From the NCBI GenBank assembly GCA_950097015.1, contig CATNEN010000031.1, positions 2,604,001 through 2,668,000 of the forward strand: a DNA stretch of 64,000 bases, given 5' to 3'. Under the pieces are notes generated by a model. That model ran no database searches. It was not told where the DNA came from and saw only the letters and a list, made by a program, of their open reading frames with translations. Position numbers and translations under genes: made by a program. Positions 1 to 9,500 of the stretch are shown here, piece by piece (position 1 is the stretch's first letter; each line of letters starts with the position of its first letter). The DNA is from Macrostomum hystrix (lineage: Eukaryota > Animalia > Platyhelminthes).

Positions 1-96
1 AACTGTCTCGCTCAGAGGCACATATAGTTGTCCTTGGGCTGAGATTCGAACTCCAGACCTTCGAACTCGAACTCAAATTTGTTGTCATAAATGGCC
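1..96 (-). mobile_element. Partial tRNA-derived SINE (head and start of body)
   Basis: Minus strand reads GAAGGTCTGGAGTTCGAATCTCAGCCCAAGGACAAC...GTGCCTCTGAGCGAGACAGTT. This is a B-box (GTTCGAATC) followed by a body like the copies at ~17390-17450, ~26170-26215 and 35470-35870. Confidence 0.55.
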
Positions 97-176
97 TAGA
101 GAGAAATTCAAAATGAGAGAAGAAAAATAGAGAGAGATGCGCCAAAGGCGTAGGCGCACAAAATTTACACACTTAC

Positions 177-1200
177 TCTCATTCCTAGTACCAGTCCGTC
201 TCCAATCGCAGTGAAGCCACCAGCCGACAGAGCCCTGACGGCCTTGGCGAAATCCTCCCTATCAGCCAGCGAGTTGAAGACGCTCAGTGGCTTAACAAGC
301 TGCGTTGTTTCGGAGAATACCAGAGCGCACTCGATGCCATCCTCCAGTAGATTGAGAACGAATCTTTCAACGTCAACCATGATTTTATTCAGCGGATTGC
401 CCTGAAGCAAACAGGATTTATCTTACAATTTTGTATTTTGAAATTCGAGCATGTTGTTGATGCCATCCCGTCTTGACTCTAATTATACGCGAGCCCTGAC
501 GATTTCCGAAACGGATGAAAAAACCTTTATGTGATTCTAAACTAAATTTAAGCCTCAGAAATTTCATTGCAATACGATAACCATGCTTACTCTCATGCTC
601 CCGCTAACGTCGATGATAAGAACAAGCCTGCGATACGGCAACGGTCGCACCACACTGACGTGCATCGGCGGAGGAACGCTCCCTTCGGGCGACGGGGCAG
701 CGCGGAAATCTCATAACTGTCTCATGATGTCGCGGGCGCTTTGATGTCTCATGATGTCACTCACCAATTACCTACCATCGCTCACCAATTACCTACCATC
801 ACTTACCAATTACCTACCATCACTCACCAATTACCTACCATCACTCACCAATTACCTACCATCACTTACCAATTACCTACCATCACTCACCAATTACCTA
901 CCATCACTCACCAATTACCTACCATCACTCACCAATTACCTACCAACACTCACCAATTACCTACCATCACTCACCAATTACCTACCATCACTCATTAATC
1001 GCCTACCATCTAGGATACTAGGTGAGTCGTGCGTATTTGTTTTTCGGTCATTCAATGGTATTTTAGAAAAAATGTCAGTTAATTATACCTTAATCTTGTT
1101 CACAAGCTGTGGATCCTCAGGTAAGCTCACTATCGATTGCAATCACCAGATTCCTGTAGCCGCCATCGCTGCCTAAGCTGAGACCGGCGATCGGTGCCAA
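177..1200 (-). pseudogene. CLCA-like (calcium-activated chloride channel regulator family) pseudogene
   Basis: Three minus-strand exon remnants. ~1200-1089 reads GGYRNLVIAIDSEL/PEDPQLVNKIK, like the CLCA N-terminus GYEGIVVAIDPNVPED..IK, with a 1-nt frameshift near 1119. ~745-591 reads SARDIMRQL*DF..PPPMHVSVVRPLPYRRLVLIIDVSGSMR (MIDAS DxSxS), with TGA at 713-711. 401-177 reads GNPLNKIM...GGFTAIGDGL (vWA). GT/AG sites are in phase 0 between the two vWA exons. Confidence 0.75.
757..994. repeat. 21-bp minisatellite (CTCACCAATTACCTACCATCA)n, ~11 units
   Basis: Direct reading; explains the THQLPTI / SLTNYLP repeat ORFs. Confidence 0.95.
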
Positions 1201-1719
1201 GACTTTTGAAATCTAGTTATTCATTTAGACCACAGATACTTTATATTACTACGAGCTAATATTAGTAATAAAGTATCAATTACTTATATAGACAGTCTAT
1301 AAAGCGGTAGCAATCCAAGGTAAGAGCTGGATTGGAGTGAAGTTTTTTTATTTAATGTGGCCAGTTACAAAGAAAATTGAAAATATGAATTTGTAACAAA
1401 TTCATTGATAAAAGACCGAATGATAGGAAAACTTGTCTACTTTGTACTTGCAAAGCTTGACGCACAGTCTGTTTTTATATTGTAAAAAATAGAGACTCCA
1501 GCCGAGTGGTCGCATGACGGGCTAGTATACATTTACGCTAATAAATTGTATTGATAGCCAGTCAAATTTTAGGCAAACTAAGAAATATATTTAGGTACTC
1601 GTAAGTGCAAATGCATATTAAGGATTGCGATAGCTCTAATTCAACTTCATGGAACATTATTTACGAATTTTTGCACCGGGATTCCGGGAACGACAATCAC
1701 CACAATGTTCATGACGTTA

Positions 1720-2385
1720 CTAAACTACGGTCTTTGCGGATTTCTCGCGCTTCAGCAGCCACAGTTTAGTGGCGTCCGCTTTGCCACCTGCGAAGTGGCC
1801 AGGCGAGCCGTCGGTGCGAACCACCCGATGGCAGGGCACCAGCAGTGGCACCGGATTCGCGCGCATAGCCGAGCCGACAGCTCTAGCTGCACCGGGATTT
1901 GCGCCAGCCAGCGAGGCCAACTGCTGGTAGCTGACGGTGACGCCTGGCGGCACAGAGGCGGCCAGGGCGCGCCAGACTCGATAACGAAAGCTACCCGGCG
2001 GAGCGGCCCGTGTGGCGCACAGGGTGGGCAGCGGAGGCAGATCACTGCCAGAGATGCTACCGGCTTGTGAAAAGTAGGCCTTCAGCCACGCCAGCGTCTG
2101 CTGCGCTGGACTGTCGGCTGGGCATGCAGCAGTTCCTGACTGATCTATGATGGAAACCAATTCTAGGGAAGCTTCTGATTGCCCGGACTTTAGCCGAATG
2201 CAGGGCCGTTCAGACTCCGCGTCGGCCATGGTGAGGCAGTGCAGGCCGGCTGGACAGGCTTCTAGTATTATGCGGCCAACTGGCGAGGCCAGGCACAGCC
2301 GAACATTTGGAGGCCGGCTGCACAGCTCATGCTGGCTGGCTGATTTGCGACTGTAGGTTGAGGAAATAGGATTTAATTGGGCCAC
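1720..2385 (-). CDS. MGMT: O6-methylguanine-DNA methyltransferase (single long coding exon; true start unresolved)
   Basis: Active-site PCHRV, HTH region GAARAVGSAMRANP and N-terminal LASPVGRIILEACPAGL (compare human LDSPLGKLELSGCEQGL). The ORF-track start at 2385 is GTG. Confidence 0.9.
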   Translation of the reverse strand: MAQLNPISSTYSRKSASQHELCSRPPNVRLCLASPVGRIILEACPAGLHCLTMADAESERPCIRLKSGQSEASLELVSIIDQSGTAACPADSPAQQTLAWLKAYFSQAGSISGSDLPPLPTLCATRAAPPGSFRYRVWRALAASVPPGVTVSYQQLASLAGANPGAARAVGSAMRANPVPLLVPCHRVVRTDGSPGHFAGGKADATKLWLLKREKSAKTVV

Positions 2386-3554
2386 GAGGTCTCATCAACT
2401 CGAGAATTCCCATCAAATTTTCAGTTTTCGACAGCTACATGAAATATAACTAGTCCAATCGCCCACTTCCAGTAAGGTACTTTGGATATTGAGGGAGCTT
2501 GTAGTCCAATGGCTATAGCTTTGGACTTCTGATGGAGAGGTCCCGACTTTGTGAGATAAAATTTTGCAATGGTGGCAATCAATACACGTAATTAAACAAG
2601 ACAATTGTTTCTTATTGTTTCAGTTCACCCAGAGCTGTGAACTTGTAAAGTAGGAAGAGCTTAGAGCTAAAATTGCAACAGAAAAAAATCTTACCTATTG
2701 CTCTTTTGTTTCCTGATAGCACCAGTTGTAATAGGCATGAGATTATTGGTCTCTCTAAAAGTAGAGGCTAAGCTGGTCTTCTTAAACTTTCCCATGTGCT
2801 GAAAAAGAAAAAAGAAACCTAAATTTTTACATTCATTTCACAGCTTCTTTGTCAAGTACTTTATAAAGTACTTTGTAAAGCTTGGGAAAATATTGAAATA
2901 TGGCAGACAGTCAACATGCTACCAGCCAGAGCCAATACAGCACAGCCACACCAAAACCCCTCAACCTCAGTCCAGTTGAGGTGGGGTTGGTGCCCCCAGC
3001 TGGTTTGCTAAGCCAAGGGGTTTGCAAAGTTGCACCACTTTTTTGCACCTCCCTGCATTATTTTGCTAAATATACATACAATGTGACAAAGTTTTGCTGC
3101 CATTTCATCTCTTAAATAAAAAGGCCTTCTGCCTTAGAAATGTAAATTTCTAAATAAATATGAATGTCAACAGAAGATGGTCTAATAAAAGCCACTTGAC
3201 TTAGGTATGAGATAGGGGCTTGGCTGTAGTCTTAGTATCAGTAAATGTCTAGAATTATATGTTTAGCAGGGCTTTCATGGCTAAATAACTAACTAAAACT
3301 AAAAGCCAAAAAAATTATAATTACTATAATAGTAGCAATTATATAGCTATAAGGTACAACAAAATTCAAAATGATTTAAATGCAACCAAGTAAGTTAATT
3401 TAAATTTTCATTATATATCTATCTACACTTTTAGAGCGCTCAAAGCCCTGCTAGTTAATCAATGCCCTAGCTACTAATAAAAATGATATTAGAGTTAGAG
3501 TTAGTTAGACAGGTCTTGGAGAGCTAAGTACTATTACTATATATATGAAAAATA

Positions 3555-4218
3555 GGCATAAGTATGGTTTCATTTGTTAAACTCAAATTTGCACAAAAAA
3601 CGATAACTGGCGTAACAAGGATAACGGGTAACATTGAGAAACGTCAGAATAATGTCTTTGAGTAGAAGCTACAGCAGAAGCTTTGCAGAAGCTACAGCGG
3701 GTACTGCTCCGTGATACTGCGCAGGAAGTGCCGGAAGTGGGGATGTGGGAACTTCTTGCGCCACAGAAATTCCTGCAGGTACGTTTCAAATAGCTGCGGC
3801 TGCATGCCGTACATGTTATGCAACTTGCGTTTCGCGTGGGCCCACGTACCCTCCACAAGATTCGTGTGGATGTTGGGATCCTGCGGGTCCACGAACGCCA
3901 GGTGGTGATTGACCACCGCGTGGTTGGGTAGGACGCTGTAGGCCTGCCAGCATGGCTGGGTTCTCCACCTCGTTGGCAGGGATGAGGACAATTGGTGCTG
4001 ATGGGCGTCTGCCAGCCATATCGATAAGTATCTGATTTGAATTTCAAATTGTGCTCCTCACCAGTGCAACTGCCACGTCAGCGCCACCGACCATGGGGTA
4101 TATTTTGGCCTTAGATACTGCCACATCAGTACTTAAATTTCAAATTGTGTATCATTATGGTCTTGGATTTTGATTTTCACGCGAATTTGAGTTTAACGAA
4201 CGAAACTATACTTATGCC
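3555..4218 (-). mobile_element. Non-autonomous, internally deleted Merlin (IS1595/ISXO2-like) DNA transposon, 664 bp
   Basis: ~38-bp imperfect TIRs beginning GGCATAAGTAT(G/A)GTTTC (3555 onward, and the reverse complement ending at 4218). ORF 3692..3991 holds the C-terminal transposase segment CWQAY..VNHHLAFVDP..HTNLVEGTWAHAKRKL..YLQEFLWR. Flanks TGAAAAATA / AAAAAAATA are a 7/9 match, a possible eroded TSD. Confidence 0.85.
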
Positions 4219-4240
4219 AAAAAAATATGCCTTAATGTTG

Positions 4241-4977
4241 TGTTGGAGGGCTGTTTCACTAATATTTTACAACTGTTACCAAGTTGTCGTAGGTCTCTTT
4301 TATTATTATTTTAAATCCTACTGACAACACTAATTATTACAACCAGTATAACACATATAATTCGTATATTAGAGTATTTGTTAACTCTATGGTAGCATGT
4401 AAGTGTCCGAGCGGTAAGACACCTTCTATCTTATTAATATGAATAACTCATATATGAATAACTTATTTCGCACTGGTTATATTAGTAACACAGTCTTATT
4501 AAATTTCCAGTCCCAACACAGGGCTTCCAATGGATCGGAGGGTATCAGTTACCCACGCACTTACTTATGGAAAATCACTATTTCTTCCTCACCCTTTACA
4601 GGCTTATTTATCAAATGCACTCCCTTTACAGGTAATTCCTTTATCACACCCTTTACAGGTTATTTCACACTTAATTCGGATCCAACCCTTCTTTTGTTTC
4701 ACTATTCAATACGAATTGCTCGTCTAAATTTATAGCTTTTCAGCTTCATAAAGAATTAAACAAGTTTTGGAAAACTTTGCCTCTTTTTCAGAACTTTGAG
4801 AACGACGTCTGCAAGTTAGTTTTCTCCTCCCAAAACTGCGCGTATATATACTAGATTGGAGGGGTGGTTCCCCGGTGCATTATAACAAGTTGGTGCATTT
4901 AAACAAAATATTAAATTTCTTTACTCGTTCGCGTAAATTCAAAAAGAAAAATACGGTAGGAATATTCAACTATTACA
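4241..4977 (-). repeat. 3' LTR (737 bp)
   Basis: No differences from 12271-13007 found by eye. On the minus strand it starts TGTAATA, ends CCAACA, and contains a TATATATA box (~4850) and AATAAA (~4300). Confidence 0.97.
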
Positions 4978-4982
4978 ATTGG

Positions 4983-4991
4983 CTTCCCTTA
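4983..4991 (-). other. Polypurine tract
   Basis: AAGGGGAAG a few nt upstream of the 3' LTR on the minus strand. Confidence 0.7.
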
Positions 4992-5036
4992 GCCTAATTT
5001 TTGAATGTGCAGTGATAAAATTTGGCCACACAAAGA

Positions 5037-5108
5037 AAGCATAACAAAAGCATAAACAAAAGCATAAACAAAAGCATAAACAAAAGCATAAAAGCATAAA
5101 CAAAAGCC
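5037..5108. repeat. Short (AAAAGCATAAAC)-type repeats in the element's 3' untranslated region
   Basis: About 6 imperfect 11-12-bp units. Confidence 0.85.
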
Positions 5109-5198
5109 GAAAGGGATTATGTAGTAAAATACAACACAAAGCCAAAATGTAGTATAATTCACAAGTAAAAGTTCATAAAGTCAAAGAGTAAATGTCCT

Positions 5199-6293
5199 TC
5201 AAAATTTACAATCTTCTGGGATTGGCAGCTCGCGAGGCCATCCAACAATGTTGGAGGACCAGCGTGTCTCGATATTCAACATGATACGATTGAATTCATA
5301 GGGACTCGTGGTGATCGAATGCTTGGCATACTGAACTGCCCGTCTCCAGGCTGCGATGGCACAGTCGGTGCTGAACTCGCTCACCAGGAGGCGAAGTACT
5401 GGGCGTATCTTTTCCCGCTGTGGAAATGGTCGATCTAGTCTGGCGTAGGCAATAGACATCAAGTAGCGCTTCACCAATTGAACTAGGCGCTTCAGGTGTT
5501 CCTGCCTCGGCTCGTTCAGACTGCTCATGACTTCCGGGTAGTTGCCGCCTGGTCCATCGTGTGGTGGCTGATTATCCCCTGGCTGCAGCGGTGCCTGTGG
5601 CTGTTGCGTCGGCTGCTGCTGCTGCGGCTGCTGTTGCTGCTGTTGCTGCTGCGGCTGCTGTTGCTGCTGCGGCTGCTGTTGCTGCTGCGGCTGCTGTTGC
5701 TGCTGCGGGGCCGGACACATTGATGGCTGGGTCCGCTGTGTCGTCCTGGCCATTGGTGGTCGCTGCATCAAGGGTGGCGGCTGCTGCTGTAGCTGCCTCT
5801 GCTGCAGTGGTGGCCTTGGTGCAATCGGTCGATAAGTGCTCTTTCGGTTCGTCCGAGCCTCCGGAACGGAAATGACGATGCTCGGCCTGTCGCTAACCGA
5901 ATAGCGGGCAAGAGTAGCAACTGGGACTGTCACTGCCGCATCCGCTTGCACTTGCAGGAGGCTCCCTCGTTTGGCCTGCTGCATTGGCACTGGCAGTCTG
6001 GACAACGTTTTGACGCCCTTCTTGGACGGCACGGGTCCAGGCATCTGAGGCGCGGGCCTCTTGGTCACAGTACGTGTAGTGCTGCTCTGGCCAACCAATT
6101 GCGGGTCAGTCCGCTGGCGTAGCGGTGCTTCGTACTGCGGTTCCGCGTTTTCTACCTCAGGCGAGTCAGTTCTAATTTCTCCGGATTCAGCCGAACTGGC
6201 ACTATCCGAGCTTACTGGTGGTAGATCCACAGTGATTGCTTCCAACATGCGATCAAACTCGCTCGCGTCAACAATTTCAAACTCACAATCCAT
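5199..6293 (-). CDS. Gypsy accessory ORF3, unknown function (acidic N-terminus, Pro/Gln-rich middle, ~110-aa helical C-terminal domain)
   Basis: Open frame of ~364 aa from ATG at 6293 (MDCEFEIV...) to TGA at 5199. It lies between pol and the PPT. No signal peptide or transmembrane segment is visible. Confidence 0.75.
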   Translation of the reverse strand: MDCEFEIVDASEFDRMLEAITVDLPPVSSDSASSAESGEIRTDSPEVENAEPQYEAPLRQRTDPQLVGQSSTTRTVTKRPAPQMPGPVPSKKGVKTLSRLPVPMQQAKRGSLLQVQADAAVTVPVATLARYSVSDRPSIVISVPEARTNRKSTYRPIAPRPPLQQRQLQQQPPPLMQRPPMARTTQRTQPSMCPAPQQQQQPQQQQQPQQQQQPQQQQQQQQPQQQQPTQQPQAPLQPGDNQPPHDGPGGNYPEVMSSLNEPRQEHLKRLVQLVKRYLMSIAYARLDRPFPQREKIRPVLRLLVSEFSTDCAIAAWRRAVQYAKHSITTSPYEFNRIMLNIETRWSSNIVGWPRELPIPEDCKF

Positions 6294-6369
6294 GTTACGG
6301 TTATTGCTCCAGTTCAAAACGAGTGAATTTGCTCCGAATCTCTGTCCCTCTTTGTTCCCAGGGCGCTCT

Positions 6370-6493
6370 TATTTATAGGTGACAAAACAAGGGTCAACTC
6401 TGATTTTATTGGCTGATTCCCTGTTCTCCAATAAGGTTCATTTATCCAATAACCTTTGACTTTCTGACCTCCCTTTAGACGATCTCCTATTGG
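6370..6493 (-). promoter_or_regulatory. Putative internal Pol II promoter of ORF3 (TATA plus four CCAAT boxes)
   Basis: TATAAATA at 6377-6370 (minus), TCAGCCAAT at ~6408-6416 and ~6489-6497 (minus), and CCAAT at 6428 and 6446 (plus). Confidence 0.55.
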
Positions 6494-6565
6494 CTGACCA
6501 AAATTCCCTTAGTTTATTGTTCGGAATACCCCCACACTCGATTACGTAATAACGTTTGCTTACTT

Positions 6566-9500
6566 TCAAAATTGCATGTTGCCAAACCACGAAATCACTG
6601 TGGTTAGCCTTTTCAAATAATCGTTGAATCTAATCGGGGGATTTACACGTTTTCTTGTGTTGTAGGGATGCGGAGCTCTCACTTCGTTCTCGCTTGCTGA
6701 GTCCAAGTCTTCCTCTGAGGTGTTAATGCTCTCGTGGCTATCGCTTTCGCTTTCGTTCGCGCCTTCCTCCTCTTCATTGTTTGTATTGTCAGACTGACTT
6801 GTTATGTCATCAATCTCAATTTCGGCTCCTAAATCTAACAAACTTCCTCTCATCTCACTTCCTTCGTTTCTATCTTGACATTGCCATGCAATTCTCTCAT
6901 CTTCCGATTCAGATTCTGAATGAATGACTTCTTCGATTTCCTTCCTCTCCCTCTGGCTTCCCTTAACTTTTCGTTCTGTCTTCTTTGGCTGACTTTTCTC
7001 CAGTTTGCTGGGCTGGCTTCCCTTAATTACTTCCTCCTTGGTTGAATTTGGCACAAGAGTTAGATTATCTCTATGAACCAGCAATATGTTGCCTACTGGC
7101 TTGCCATCTTCTTCCTTTTGCACTTTAAATACAACATCGGAGAATTGCTCAATTACTCGATAAGCGGATCGCTTTTTACGGTGAAATTTGTGCGATTCCT
7201 CGCTATCTAACTGAGGATTATTAATTAATGCTAAACATCCTATCGGCACTTCCTTTGGCAATTTATTTTTTTGCGCGAGTTCTTCTCTCTTGCTAGCTAC
7301 ATTCTCTAATTTCCTCTTGACTAATTCTCCTGCTATTCTGAGTCTCTCGGCATGATTGGCGACATAGGATGGATAATCGGCAAATGACTTAGATTCTTTG
7401 ATTTGATTGTCAATTGGCAATACAGCCTCTCTTCCAAACATCAGGAAATGGGGACTGTAACCAGTGGTCTTGTTTACACTTGTGCGCACGGCTACCAAAG
7501 CTGCTGGGATCATAAGGTCCCAATCTGCATGATCCTTTTCCACCAAGCAGGTAATGATGGATTTGATCTGCTTGTTGAATCTTTCAACCAGACCATTGCT
7601 TTGAGCGTGGTAAGGTGTTGTACACGTGTGTTTGACATTATACAGATCGCAGAACGCTTTAAATTGCTTACTGGTGAAAGTTTTTCCATTGTCTGTATGG
7701 ATCCAATGGCATTGGCCATACTCAGAAAACACTCTCTCCTGCAGTAGCTTTATGACAGTATCAGATTTTTGATTACGGACCGGGAAAGCGAAAGGGTATT
7801 TGGTAGTGCTGTCCACCACAGTTAACACGTACCGATGTCCTCGCCTACTTTCCTTAGATATAGGTCCAATTAAATCAATATGCAAACGATAAAATGGCTC
7901 ATTGACAGGGAATGATTGGATGGGTGCTTGCACATAGTGACCTTTCTTGCTCTCAAGACAAGGAATGCACTTGGCAATCAATTCTTCTATGGCTGTGACT
8001 AATCCTGGTCTCCAAAATCGTTTCCTCACTTTCTGGATGGTCTTATCTCTACCTAGATGTCCTGCTAGTGGGCTCTCGTGTAGATCGCTGAATGCTAGCG
8101 TGTCCATGGACTTGGGCAGAACGACCTTCCATTCTCCATCCTCCTTGATCATGAGTAATTCTTTCTCAATGCTCATGGCTTCAAATGCCTTGCTTAGCTG
8201 CTTTAACTCGGGGCTTACATTGCTCAACACTGGGGGTTTAGTTAGGCCTTCGCACTTCCATTCCATTAAGGTGTGAATCGCGGAGTCTGCACGTTGAGCC
8301 TCAATAATCTGCTCACGCTTCAGTGGGGTCGGTAAATAATCAGTCAGAAGCTTTTCACATTTACTTTCTACTGGCTCTGGCGTATCAATCTGTGGATTAG
8401 GATAGAATTCCTCAGCGCTCGGATTCAATTGCAAAATGCAGGAATCAGAATGAACACCTTGGGATTTTTCCTTCTCATTACCGGAAATCTGTGACTCGAT
8501 CCAACGATTGGGATCTAAGGTCGGAATTTCTCCTTCAATGGGAACAGTTGGCGACTGGGTCAGGCTCTCAGCACTGTCCTTAGTCATTGCCTGCTGATCA
8601 CTCTTTACGCATACGCGATCCTTCACTTCTGCGGGCTCTCTGCTTCTTTCCAATTCTTCGGCGGGTCTTCTGGATAGGCTATCAGCATTCTGATGAGAAC
8701 TGCCTTTCCTATGTTCGACATCAAATTGGAATTCATTCAATCGTTCTATCCATCTACCTAAAATGCCTTGTGCTTCGGTCTGACGTAATAACCAGATAAT
8801 CGCCTTATGATCGGTTCTAGCTAAAAATCGCTTACCTAACAAATAAAATCTGAAATGTTTCATCGCATCAACTAAAGCTAAAAGTTCTTTTCTAGTGATT
8901 GGATACCTTTTCTCGGACTCCTTCATTGCACGACTAAAATATGCGATTGGCCTCTCCACGCCATCAGATTGGATTTGGCCCAAGCAGGCGCCAATTCTAT
9001 TATCGCTGGCATCAGTATCGAGAACCATTCGCACATTCTCATCATCAACGAATTCTGGGTAAGCTAACACATCTGTGGACATCATCCGGGTTTTTAAAGC
9101 CTCGAATGCCTCATCGTGCATCACGCTCCATTTTCCTTGGAAATTCTGCACATTTTTCCGGGTGAGCTGGAATAATGGGTGAGCCACTTCGGCATAATTC
9201 TTCACAAAACGGCTATAATAATTACACAGACCGAGAAAACTTCTTAATTCCTTCACATCTTTCGGCTTCGGCCAAGTTCTGATAGCTTCGATCTTTGCAT
9301 CATCAGTACGAATGCCTTCAGTACTAATTACATGGCCTAGATACTTCAATTCTTGATGGAATAAATTACACTTCTTCGGTCTTAGCTTCAATCCTGCTGT
9401 AATTAGCCGTTGGAACACTTCCTTTAGATGTGCCAGATGATCGGCAAATGTTTTCGAATAGGTGACAATATCATCTATATAGGACATAGCAAACTGATGT

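Noticed and set aside
711-713. In-frame TGA in the CLCA-like exon as selenocysteine or readthrough
   Set aside because: The aligned position is not a Cys site, and the same locus has a frameshift and a domain deletion; pseudogenisation is simpler.
1500-1530. Helitron 3' end (GC hairpin followed by CTAG-T)
   Set aside because: The hairpin is weak and no 5' TC end or other copies were seen.
4439-4735. 98-aa and 65-aa ORFs duplicated at 12469..12765
   Set aside because: They lie within the LTRs, are AT-rich, have no domain features, and their duplication just reflects LTR identity.
5199-6317. ORF3 as an envelope gene
   Set aside because: No signal peptide, transmembrane anchor, cysteine pattern or cleavage/fusion motif; it is Pro/Gln-rich and hydrophilic.
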